A DNA stretch of 64,000 nucleotides from Faecousia sp. (GTDB taxonomy: Bacteria > Bacillota > Clostridia > Oscillospirales > Oscillospiraceae). The stretch lies in contig JBJDYP010000071.1 of the NCBI GenBank assembly GCA_051867435.1, positions 9,755 to 73,754 of the forward strand, in the 5' to 3' direction. Numbering within the stretch: the stretch's first letter is position 1; each line of letters opens with the position of its first letter. The notes beneath the pieces were generated by a model. It did no database searches, had not been told where the DNA came from, and saw only the letters and a program-made list of their open reading frames with translations. A program made the translations under genes and the position numbers. Shown piece after piece: positions 20,742 through 29,102 of the stretch.

Positions 20742-22496
20742 TTAATCGGTTTTAATATTGGTCTGGGTGGTATACAGCTCCGCGTACAGTCCGCCCTTTG
20801 CCATCAGCTCGGCGTGGGTGCCGCTCTCCGTGATCCTGCCGTCGGCAATGGAGATGATCCGTCCGGCGCTGCGGATGGTGGACAGCCGGTGGGCAATGAT
20901 CAGCGTGGTTCTGCCCTGCGCCAGGGTGTCAAAGGCACGCTGGATCTTTGCCTCGGTGACGGAGTCCAGCGCGGAGGTCGCCTCATCCAGAATCAGGATC
21001 GCCGGGTCTTTCAGGAAGATCCGGGCAATGGCAACACGCTGCTTCTGTCCGCCGGACAGCAGGGTGCCCCGCTCCCCCACATAGGTATCAAAGCCGTTGG
21101 GCATTGCCATGATATCCTCGTAGATCTCCGCTTTCTTTGTCGCCTCAACCACTTCCTCCATGGAAGCGCCGGGTCTGCCGTAGCGGATATTCTCCAGGAT
21201 GGTGTCCGCGAACAGGAACACATCCTGCTGGACAATGCCGATGTTCTCGTGGATGGATTTCTGGGTCAGATCCCGCAGGTCGTACCCGTCGATCCGGATC
21301 GCGCCGGAGGTAACATCATAAAACCGGGGGATCAACTGGCAGAGGGTACTCTTTCCTCCGCCGGAAGGCCCCACGATGGCCACCGTCTCGCCGGGCGCCA
21401 CCGTCAGGCTCACATTGTGCAGCACCGCCAGATCCCCGTCATAGGCGAAGGACACATCCTCCACCCGGATCTCGCCCTTTACATCCCCCAGCGCCACCGC
21501 GTCGGGCTTATCCTCCAGGCTGGGCTCCGTGCGCATGATCTCCACAAATCGGTTCAGCCCCGCGAAGCCGCTGGCAAACAGCTCCGAAAAGCTGGCAATC
21601 TTTCGCATCGGGTTGACAAATGTGCTAATATACAAGGAGAATGTGACCAGATCCCGGTAGTCCATCCGGTCCTGCATGATCAGGTAGCCGCCCATGCCGA
21701 TGACCACCACATTGAGAATGCTCAGGAAAAACTCCATGGAGCTGCCGAAGCGGCCCATGGCCTTGTGAAAATTCCGCTTGGAGGTCTTGAACATTTCGTT
21801 TGCCCGGTCAAACCGGGCTGCCTCCACTTCCTCATTGGCAAAGGCCTTGGCGGTGCGGATGCCGGAGAGGCTGCTCTCAATCTCCGTGTTGATGTGTCCG
21901 GTCTTCTTTTTCACCTGGGCAGACGCGCCGGACATGGCCCTGCGCATGGTGAACACCACCGCCACGAACACCGGGATCATCGCCGCCACCACTGCCGCCA
22001 GCGCCGGCTGAATGGTCCACATGACGATCAGCGCGCCGATGATGGTCACAACGGAGGTCAGCAGATCCTCCGGGCCATGGTGGGCAAGCTCCGTCAGGTC
22101 GAACAGGTCGGTGGTCAGCCGGCTCATGAGCTGACCGGTGCGGTTGCGGTCGTAGTAGTCAAAGCCCAGCTCCTGCATATGGCGGAACAGGTCTGCCCGG
22201 ATATCCGCCTCCACCCGGATGCCGAAGGTGTGGCCGAAATAGGTCACGATGTAGTTCAGCACCGCCCGCACCACATAGAAGCAGGCCACGGCGATCATCA
22301 CCGTGAAAAAGGTGGTATAGGCGCCTTCCGGGAGAATATCGTACAGCGCTTTCCGGGTAATCAGCGGGAAGGACAGGTCAATCGCCGCAATCACTGCCGC
22401 GCTGCAAATATCCAGGGCAAACAGCCCCAGGTGCCGTTTGAAATAGGACAGAAAAATGGTCAAAGGGCGCTTTTTTCGGTACTCTTTCGTGGTCAT
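20742..22496 (-). CDS. ABC exporter, fused permease/ATP-binding protein
   Basis: N-terminal 6-TM domain; GPSGGGKST, LSGGQKQR and ILDEATS. Confidence 0.95.
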   Translation of the reverse strand: MTTKEYRKKRPLTIFLSYFKRHLGLFALDICSAAVIAAIDLSFPLITRKALYDILPEGAYTTFFTVMIAVACFYVVRAVLNYIVTYFGHTFGIRVEADIRADLFRHMQELGFDYYDRNRTGQLMSRLTTDLFDLTELAHHGPEDLLTSVVTIIGALIVMWTIQPALAAVVAAMIPVFVAVVFTMRRAMSGASAQVKKKTGHINTEIESSLSGIRTAKAFANEEVEAARFDRANEMFKTSKRNFHKAMGRFGSSMEFFLSILNVVVIGMGGYLIMQDRMDYRDLVTFSLYISTFVNPMRKIASFSELFASGFAGLNRFVEIMRTEPSLEDKPDAVALGDVKGEIRVEDVSFAYDGDLAVLHNVSLTVAPGETVAIVGPSGGGKSTLCQLIPRFYDVTSGAIRIDGYDLRDLTQKSIHENIGIVQQDVFLFADTILENIRYGRPGASMEEVVEATKKAEIYEDIMAMPNGFDTYVGERGTLLSGGQKQRVAIARIFLKDPAILILDEATSALDSVTEAKIQRAFDTLAQGRTTLIIAHRLSTIRSAGRIISIADGRITESGTHAELMAKGGLYAELYTTQTNIKTD

Positions 22497-22622
22497 CAGA
22501 CTTCCTCACTTTCTTTTTTCCCTATTATACAAAAAGAAAAAACCTGTCGCAACAGGAAAACAATACAATCTTTCTGCATTTTTATTCCAGAATTTAGATA
22601 TTCTGCTTTTTCGGAGGAGCCT

Positions 22623-23207
22623 ATGGAAATTCTGTATCAGGACAGCGGAATCCTGGTCTGCGTGAAGCAGCCCGGGGTGGATTCGGAGCATGCGCTGCCC
22701 CGGCAGCTCGCGGCGCTGTTGGGCGGGGAGATCTTCCCTGTTCACCGGCTGGACAAAAATGTGGGCGGGGTGATGGTTTTTGCCCGGACGAAACAGGCCG
22801 CCGCTGCCCTGAGCACCGCCGTGCAAAACGGCAGCATGGTGAAGGAATACCGCGCCATGGTTCACGGCACGCCCCCGGAAACGGGGTTTTGGGAGGATCT
22901 TCTCTGGAAGGACAGCGCCAAAAACAAGGTGTATGTGGTCTCTCGGGAGCGCAAAGGAGTCAAAAAAGCCAAGCTGGAATACACCCGGCTCACCGATTCC
23001 GACCCTGCCCTTGTCCATATCCGGCTGTATACCGGCAGGAGCCACCAGATCCGGGTGCAATTTGCCAGCCGGGGCTTCCCTCTGGTGGGCGACCACAAGT
23101 ACGGCAGCCGGGATGACACGGCTGCGCCCATGCTCTTTTCCTGCTGCCTGCGTTTCCCCTGGAACGGCAGGGAAATGGTCTTCCGGCGCTTCCCGGAATG
23201 GGGATAA
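22623..23207 (+). CDS. RluA family pseudouridine synthase
   Basis: HRLDK, TGRSHQIRVQ and GDHKYG; GGAG RBS before ATG 22623. Confidence 0.92.
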   Translation: MEILYQDSGILVCVKQPGVDSEHALPRQLAALLGGEIFPVHRLDKNVGGVMVFARTKQAAAALSTAVQNGSMVKEYRAMVHGTPPETGFWEDLLWKDSAKNKVYVVSRERKGVKKAKLEYTRLTDSDPALVHIRLYTGRSHQIRVQFASRGFPLVGDHKYGSRDDTAAPMLFSCCLRFPWNGREMVFRRFPEWG

Positions 23208-23227
23208 ATACCTTTTTGACAGTCTGC

Positions 23228-23268
23228 AAAACCGGCTGAAAGAGGCGCCCTCTTTCAGCCGGTTTTTT
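23228..23268. terminator. Bidirectional terminator, near-identical to the hairpin at 48415
   Basis: AAAACCGGCTGAAAGAGG-cg-c-CCTCTTTCAGCCGGTTTT. Confidence 0.85.
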
Positions 23269-23269
23269 G

Positions 23270-23554
23270 TCAGTTGTTCGCCGCCAGCTTATCCAGATGC
23301 CGGTTGCGGAAGTACAGCAGAAGGTCTGTGGAAACAAAGCACAGGTTCAGGATGTACACAAACAGCACATACCAGTGGTAGCCGTTGGGGTTCACCAGCT
23401 TGGCGGTGATACCGCAGAGGTAGCCGGTGATGATCAGCAGCAGAAACGGCAGGCTCTTGCCCTTGGCGGTTCTGGCCTTGTAAGACTTGATGGCGTTGAA
23501 GGGCCAGGAAAAGCCGAAGCAGACCAGCATCAGGATCTCCAGAATTTCACTCAT
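23270..23554 (-). CDS. Small 3-TM membrane protein, PQ-loop/SemiSWEET-like
   Basis: MLVCFGFSWPFNAIKSYKARTAKGKS followed by two more hydrophobic helices; starts 1 nt after the upstream stop. Confidence 0.7.
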   Translation of the reverse strand: MSEILEILMLVCFGFSWPFNAIKSYKARTAKGKSLPFLLLIITGYLCGITAKLVNPNGYHWYVLFVYILNLCFVSTDLLLYFRNRHLDKLAANN

Positions 23555-23555
23555 C

Positions 23556-25166
23556 TTATTTCACCCGATTCTCTTTTCTCGCGTAGTCCGGAAGCAGCCG
23601 GGGAGACAGGGTTTCCCCGGTCACCTCCGCGGCTTCTTTTTGCTTATCATATTCCCGCAGATGCCGCAGGGTCAACGTTCCGGTTTTCACGGATTTTGCC
23701 TTTTCGGAGGCGTTCCTGCCCGCGTTTCTGCCGAAGACGATGATATCCAGCAGGCTGTTGCCCATCAGGCGGTTGCGTCCGTGGATACCGCCCACCACTT
23801 CACCGGCGGCAAACAGGTTCTCAATATCCGTCTGGGTGTCGGATGTGATCTTCAGGCCGCCGTTCTGATAGTGCAGGGTAGGATAGACCAGAATGGGCTC
23901 CTTACGGATATCGATGCCGTGCTTGGCGAACATCCGCATCATGGCGGGAATCCGCTTTTCAATGGTGCCGGCACCGTACTTTGCCTCGATCATGGGGGTA
24001 TCCAGCCACACCGCGCTGCCCTGGGGGGTCTGTACGCCGTTTCCGCGCTGGGTGCATTCCCGGATGATGGAGGCCGCGCACACGTCTCTGGTCTCCAGCG
24101 GGTTCATGAACACTTCTCCCTTGGCATTGACCAGCATGGCACCCACGCTTCTGACCTTCTCGGTGACCAGCGCGCCGTAGATCTGCGCGGGGAAGGCCGC
24201 GCCGGTGGGATGGTATTGCAGCGTGTCCGGGTACAGCAGCCTTGCGCCTGCCCGGTAGGCCAGCACCAGTCCGTCCGCCGTCGCGCCGTAATGATTGGAG
24301 GTGGGGAATCCCTGATAGTGGAGCCGTCCCGCGCCGCCGGTGGCAAGGATCACGGTCTTGGCTCTGGCAACCAGCAGCTCTTTGGTCTCCATGTTCATCA
24401 GCACCGCGCCGGCACAGCGTCCCCCATCGTCCTTGATCAGTTCGATGGCGGCGGTGAAGTCCACCACGGGAATCCCCCGGTTCAGCACTTCGTCCCGCAG
24501 AGTGCGCATGATCTCCGCGCCGGAGTAGTCCTTGGCAGCGTGCATCCGCTTCCGGGAGGTGCCGCCGCCGTGGGTGGTGATCATGGTGCCGTCGGGCGCT
24601 TTGTCAAACTCCACCCCCAGACCGGACAGCCAGCGGATGGCCTCGGGCGCTTCCGTGACCAGCTTGTAAAGCAGATCCTTCTGGGCGGCAAAATGACCGC
24701 CGCCGTAGGCATCCAGAAAATGCTGGGCAGGAGAATCGTTGGGCTTGTCGGCAGCCTGGATACCGCCTTCCGCCATCATGGTATTGGCATCGCCCACCCG
24801 CAGCTTGGTCACCAGCAGCACATTGGCGCCGTTTTTATGGGCCTCAATGGCTGCCGCGCAGCCCGCGCCGCCACCGCCGATGATCAGCACATCGGCATCA
24901 TAGTGGGGATGCTCCAGATCCACCGCCGCATCCCCCAGCCGGGGTTTTCCCTCCAGCAGGGCAGCCAGTTCGGTGGGCACCTTGTCGCCTTTGTTGGGGC
25001 CGAAGCGCAGCGCCGTAAACCGGTCGTCCCGGTAGTCGGGATGGAAGGATTTCAGCACCTCTTCCTTTTCCTCCGCGGTCATCCGCCGGGGATCCAGCTT
25101 TCTGTTTTCCTCCCGCGCCGCTTCCACCAGACGGAGCGATTCCTGTATTTTCGGATCCTGATACAT
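23556..25166 (-). CDS. Soluble fumarate reductase flavoprotein subunit (FrdA/TfrA-like)
   Basis: GGGGAG, QYHPT, TEKVR, TRD, HYQNGG and HGRNRLMGNSL dicarboxylate-site motifs. Start chosen by RBS spacing. Confidence 0.85.
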   Translation of the reverse strand: MYQDPKIQESLRLVEAAREENRKLDPRRMTAEEKEEVLKSFHPDYRDDRFTALRFGPNKGDKVPTELAALLEGKPRLGDAAVDLEHPHYDADVLIIGGGGAGCAAAIEAHKNGANVLLVTKLRVGDANTMMAEGGIQAADKPNDSPAQHFLDAYGGGHFAAQKDLLYKLVTEAPEAIRWLSGLGVEFDKAPDGTMITTHGGGTSRKRMHAAKDYSGAEIMRTLRDEVLNRGIPVVDFTAAIELIKDDGGRCAGAVLMNMETKELLVARAKTVILATGGAGRLHYQGFPTSNHYGATADGLVLAYRAGARLLYPDTLQYHPTGAAFPAQIYGALVTEKVRSVGAMLVNAKGEVFMNPLETRDVCAASIIRECTQRGNGVQTPQGSAVWLDTPMIEAKYGAGTIEKRIPAMMRMFAKHGIDIRKEPILVYPTLHYQNGGLKITSDTQTDIENLFAAGEVVGGIHGRNRLMGNSLLDIIVFGRNAGRNASEKAKSVKTGTLTLRHLREYDKQKEAAEVTGETLSPRLLPDYARKENRVK

Positions 25167-25179
25167 TGCCATGCCCTCC

Positions 25180-25854
25180 TTACTTCTCGATCTCACGGTT
25201 GTTGTAGAGTTCCTGCATTTCAGCCAGCGGCTTCTGCATCAGATCCTCCAGGAGCTTTTCGTATTCGCCTGCCGCGATCTCCTCCACCCGCCGGTCCAGA
25301 TGGTCGCAGTGGGGTGCCAGATACTTGCCGTTCAGCCGGCGCGCCAGCATGGCGACCTGGGGATGGGAGATGCCCGCCGGGCATCTGGAGGAGCAGACAC
25401 CGCACATCACGCAGTCAAAGGAGGCTTCCGCGCACTTTTCATACTCCCCGCGCTGGGCATAGGCGATATACTGCATCACATTCAGCCCCTGGGTGCAGGC
25501 CTTCGTGCAGGCATTGCAGCCCACGCAGGCGTAGATCTCGGGGTAAAGCTGCATCATGATCTGCTGGGTAGGCTTCACCTGATCGATGTCATAGACCTCC
25601 TTCACCAGAGGGAAGAAGGGCAGAGTCGCCACATACATATTATCCTCCACCTTGGTGGAGCAGGCCAGGCAGGCTTTCAGTTCCCGGTCACCGGCGATCC
25701 GGTAGATGGTGGCGCAGGCACCGCAGAAGCCGTTCCGGCAGCCGCAGCCCCGAACCAGTTGGTAGCCCGCGTATTCCATGGCCTCCATGATGGTCAGGCT
25801 GGCAGGCACGGCATATTTCTTGCCGAACAGATATACATTCACCATTTCTTCCAT
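25180..25854 (-). CDS. Fumarate reductase iron-sulfur subunit (FrdB/TfrB-like)
   Basis: [2Fe-2S] motif GCRNGFCGAC...C plus two CxxCxxCxxxC motifs; no CCG domain. Confidence 0.82.
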   Translation of the reverse strand: MEEMVNVYLFGKKYAVPASLTIMEAMEYAGYQLVRGCGCRNGFCGACATIYRIAGDRELKACLACSTKVEDNMYVATLPFFPLVKEVYDIDQVKPTQQIMMQLYPEIYACVGCNACTKACTQGLNVMQYIAYAQRGEYEKCAEASFDCVMCGVCSSRCPAGISHPQVAMLARRLNGKYLAPHCDHLDRRVEEIAAGEYEKLLEDLMQKPLAEMQELYNNREIEK

Positions 25855-25865
25855 TTGCGTTCTCC

Positions 25866-26693
25866 TTAATATTCGTCCGGCAGCTCGTCAAGCTGGTCGA
25901 AGCGGAAGACCGGGCCGTCCTTGCATACATATTTACTGCCGATATTGCAGCGCCCGCATTTGCCCAGCGCGCATTTCATCTTCAGCTCCATGGTGGTATA
26001 GATGTTTTTGCGGTCAAACCCCAGCTCCATCAGACCCGCCAGGGTGAATTTGATCATAATTGGGGGTCCGCACATCACAACCGTCTTTTTGGTGTCGGGC
26101 TGCAGTTCCTTCACGAAATTCGGCACGAAGCCCACATGACCGTCCCAGGAGGGCTCCGGGTTGTCGATGGTCAGATGGACGCGGATGCCGTCCTCTCTGC
26201 ACCAGACATTCAGGATCTCCTCAAAGTCCACCAGATCCGCCTTGGAGCGGGAGCCGTAGACGATGTCGATGGTGCCGTAGCTGTCCCGGTGGGCACGGCA
26301 GTAGTTGATGACGGAATGCAGCGGCGCTAAGCCGATGCCGCCGGCAATGAACAGCAGATCCTTGCCCGCGAAGTCCGTATCCACCGGGAATCCGTTGCCG
26401 TAGGGCCCGCGGATGGTGACCTGCTGCCCCGGTTCCATGGCGTGGAGCCACTCGGTGACGCAGCCGCACTTCTTGATGGAGAATTCCAGATATTCTTCCT
26501 CCGTGGGGCTGGAGGTGATGGAAAACAGCGCTTCACCCACCCCGGGGACTGACAGCATGGCGCACTGCCCGGGAATGTGGAGGAAGGGCTTTTTTCCGTC
26601 CAGACCCACCACCCGGAAGGTCTTTACATCGGGGGTGTCCACACGGATGGCAGTGACCACACCGATCATGGGGATCAAAGGTTCCGTTCTCAT
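25866..26693 (-). CDS. flxA: FlxA-like FAD/NAD(H)-binding subunit (AsrB/PyrK fold)
   Basis: RGPYGNGF, AGGIGLAP, CGPPIM and MKCALGKCGRC...C.DGPVF. Confidence 0.8.
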   Translation of the reverse strand: MRTEPLIPMIGVVTAIRVDTPDVKTFRVVGLDGKKPFLHIPGQCAMLSVPGVGEALFSITSSPTEEEYLEFSIKKCGCVTEWLHAMEPGQQVTIRGPYGNGFPVDTDFAGKDLLFIAGGIGLAPLHSVINYCRAHRDSYGTIDIVYGSRSKADLVDFEEILNVWCREDGIRVHLTIDNPEPSWDGHVGFVPNFVKELQPDTKKTVVMCGPPIMIKFTLAGLMELGFDRKNIYTTMELKMKCALGKCGRCNIGSKYVCKDGPVFRFDQLDELPDEY

Positions 26694-27709
26694 TGCGCTC
26701 CCTCCCCCAGTTTTCTGGCAACTTTCACAATGTTCATGTGGATGGGACATTTCTGCAGGCAGCGGCCGCAGCCCACACAGCCGAACACCCCGTCTTGATT
26801 CTCCGGGAAATACACCAGCTTGTGCATGAAACGCTGGCGGAACCGCTCTGTCTGGGTAGGTCTGGGCTGACCGGCGGACATTTTTGTGAAATCCGAGTAC
26901 ATACAACTGTCCCAGCAGCGGAACCGGCGGACAGTCTTGCCGTTGTCAAATTCCTGAATGTCATAGCACTGGCAGGTGGGGCAGAGGAAGGTGCAGGTGC
27001 CGCAGCCCAGGCAGCTCTGCGCCAGTTCCCGCCATTCCGGCCGGTCAAACAGCGCTTTGGTCTTTCCCGCGCCGAAGGCGGACAGATCCAGCTTGCCCAG
27101 AGGCAGCTTTTCCGCGATGGCATGGATGGCAGCCTTCCGCGGCTCCACGGCACCGTCATCGCAGTCCTCCAGCATGGGCAGCAGGGCTGTCAGGGCTTCG
27201 CCCTTTTCGGTATTGGCACGCCAGTAGAGCGCATTGTCGTCCATCCAGCAGGTCACGTCTCCCCCGGGCTCGGCGGGATCGATGCCAAAAACCGTGCAGA
27301 AGCAGGTCTCCTGGGGCGCGCCGCAGGCAAGGGTCACCACGCAGCAGTTTTCCCGGCGCCGGGCATAGTAGGTATCCTCCGGCTCGGACAGGAACACCCT
27401 GTCCAGAATATCGAAGCTCCTGCAGTCACAGGCACGAACGCCAAAGAGGGCAAACGGTTCCGAGGGATCCCGGGTTTCAATCAGCTCGATCTGTTTTCCC
27501 GTGACCTTGAAGCCCATCAGGTTCTCCACCTGGGGGAAGAAGGAATCCTTCGCGCTGCGCAGGGTATTGCCCTGGGCGCACAGTGTCTTGCCGGGTTCCC
27601 AGAGGGAAAAGGCGCACTGTCCTCCCTCTTCCACGGGGATGTAGAGCTTCCGGGTCTCCGCGATGGCGGCAAACAGCTCCTCCAGCGCGGCAAGGGCGAT
27701 CTTTTTCAT
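26690..27709 (-). CDS. flxB: FlxB-like 4Fe-4S subunit (AsrA/HydB-like)
   Basis: CLGCGTCTFLCPTCQC, RCWDSC, RFRQRFMHK and CVGCGRC...CP. Confidence 0.8.
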   Translation of the reverse strand: MKKIALAALEELFAAIAETRKLYIPVEEGGQCAFSLWEPGKTLCAQGNTLRSAKDSFFPQVENLMGFKVTGKQIELIETRDPSEPFALFGVRACDCRSFDILDRVFLSEPEDTYYARRRENCCVVTLACGAPQETCFCTVFGIDPAEPGGDVTCWMDDNALYWRANTEKGEALTALLPMLEDCDDGAVEPRKAAIHAIAEKLPLGKLDLSAFGAGKTKALFDRPEWRELAQSCLGCGTCTFLCPTCQCYDIQEFDNGKTVRRFRCWDSCMYSDFTKMSAGQPRPTQTERFRQRFMHKLVYFPENQDGVFGCVGCGRCLQKCPIHMNIVKVARKLGEGAQ

Positions 27710-28677
27710 TTCCCGGCACCTCCTCTCGTATAGACCACAGAGGGTTCGGGGTCATCCTTGGTGAAATCCATCAGCGGAGGGCAGGAATCAAAATCCGCGC
27801 CCGCCTGGTATTCGCCGTACAGCTCGTTGATGTCCTTGATGAACTTCCGGTTGAGCAGGTGCAGCGGGATCCGCTGGGGGCAGACACGGCTGCACTCCCC
27901 GCAGTCCGTACAGCGTGCCGCCACATGGAACGCCCGGATGATGTGGAACATATTTTCCTCAAAGGAATCGGCGGCAGCCTTGTTCTGGGTACCAAGTGCC
28001 GCGTTGTCGAATACGCACTTCTCGCAACTGCAGGCGGGGCACACATTCCGGCAGGCGTTGCAGCGGATGCACCTGGAAAGCTGTCCTCTCCAGAAGGCGT
28101 AGCGTTCCTCCGGGGTCATGGCTTCCAGCTTTTCCACCTCCGCGAACCGGTCAGAGGGTGCTTCTTCTCCCTGTTCCCCGATCAGTTCGTCAAAATCCAC
28201 CACGCGCTTGCTCTTGCAGGCTCTGCACTTGGTGAGCAGGCCGTCCTGCTTTTTCACCGTTTTATCGCCGTAAAGGGTATGTACGGTGAGGATCTGACCG
28301 TCTTCCACCCCGGTCAGACCGGCGCAGCCGGCTTCCCGCAGTTCTTCCGCGCCGCACATTCCGTCACACTGCACACCCACGGCATACACATGGCTGCGGT
28401 CAATGCGGTGTTCCTTCTGGAGCTGCACGAAGGAATAGGAATCACAGGGCTTCAGGAATACGGCGACCTTGCCGCCTTTTTTGGCTTCCCCGATCAGGTA
28501 TTTGGAAAGGTTCGCGCCGGAAAACAGGTTATACACGAAATCCCGTTCCACTTCCTCCGCCGTGGTGAACACCGCCGGGGTCAGGTCATAGAAAAATTCG
28601 CCGGTTTTCCAGCCCAGCACCCGGTCGACCTGACCGGAGGACAGCAGCTCCAACGCTTTTTCTTTTACTCCTTGCAT
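27706..28677 (-). CDS. flxC: FlxC-like 4Fe-4S subunit
   Basis: CIRCNACRNVCPACSC and RCTDCGECSRVCP; lies between the MvhD-like and AsrA-like genes. Confidence 0.78.
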   Translation of the reverse strand: MQGVKEKALELLSSGQVDRVLGWKTGEFFYDLTPAVFTTAEEVERDFVYNLFSGANLSKYLIGEAKKGGKVAVFLKPCDSYSFVQLQKEHRIDRSHVYAVGVQCDGMCGAEELREAGCAGLTGVEDGQILTVHTLYGDKTVKKQDGLLTKCRACKSKRVVDFDELIGEQGEEAPSDRFAEVEKLEAMTPEERYAFWRGQLSRCIRCNACRNVCPACSCEKCVFDNAALGTQNKAAADSFEENMFHIIRAFHVAARCTDCGECSRVCPQRIPLHLLNRKFIKDINELYGEYQAGADFDSCPPLMDFTKDDPEPSVVYTRGGAGK

Positions 28678-29102
28678 CTCAAGTCCTCCAGTTTCCTGTT
28701 TTCGCCCAGCGCCGTGACGGTTTGGACAAAATCATTCATGGTTGCGGCAAACTTGGCGCCTTCCGCGGCGGAGACCCACTCCACCCGGGTGCGCTCCCGC
28801 TCGATGCCCAGGTAATCCAGCATGGAGAACAGCAGCGTCATACGGCGGCGGGCATAATAGTTGCCGGTGGTGTAGTGGCAGTCCCCGGGGTGGCAGCCGC
28901 AGAGGATCACGCCGTCGGCACCCCGCTGAAACGCCCGCAGGACGAACATGGGGTTTAAGCGGCAGGAGCAGGGAATGCGGATGATCTTCACATTGGCAGG
29001 ATACTGCAGCCGGTTGGTGCCGGACAGATCCGCGCCCGCGTAGGAGCACCAGTTGCAGCAGAAAGCCACGATGGTGGGTTTCCATTGGGTATTTACTTGC
29101 AT
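28665..29102 (-). CDS. flxD: FlxD/MvhD-like [2Fe-2S] subunit
   Basis: FCCNWCSYAGAD, PCSCR, GCHPGDCHY..GN and WVSAAEG. Start trimmed to ATG 29102. Confidence 0.88.
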   Translation of the reverse strand: MQVNTQWKPTIVAFCCNWCSYAGADLSGTNRLQYPANVKIIRIPCSCRLNPMFVLRAFQRGADGVILCGCHPGDCHYTTGNYYARRRMTLLFSMLDYLGIERERTRVEWVSAAEGAKFAATMNDFVQTVTALGENRKLEDLRCKE

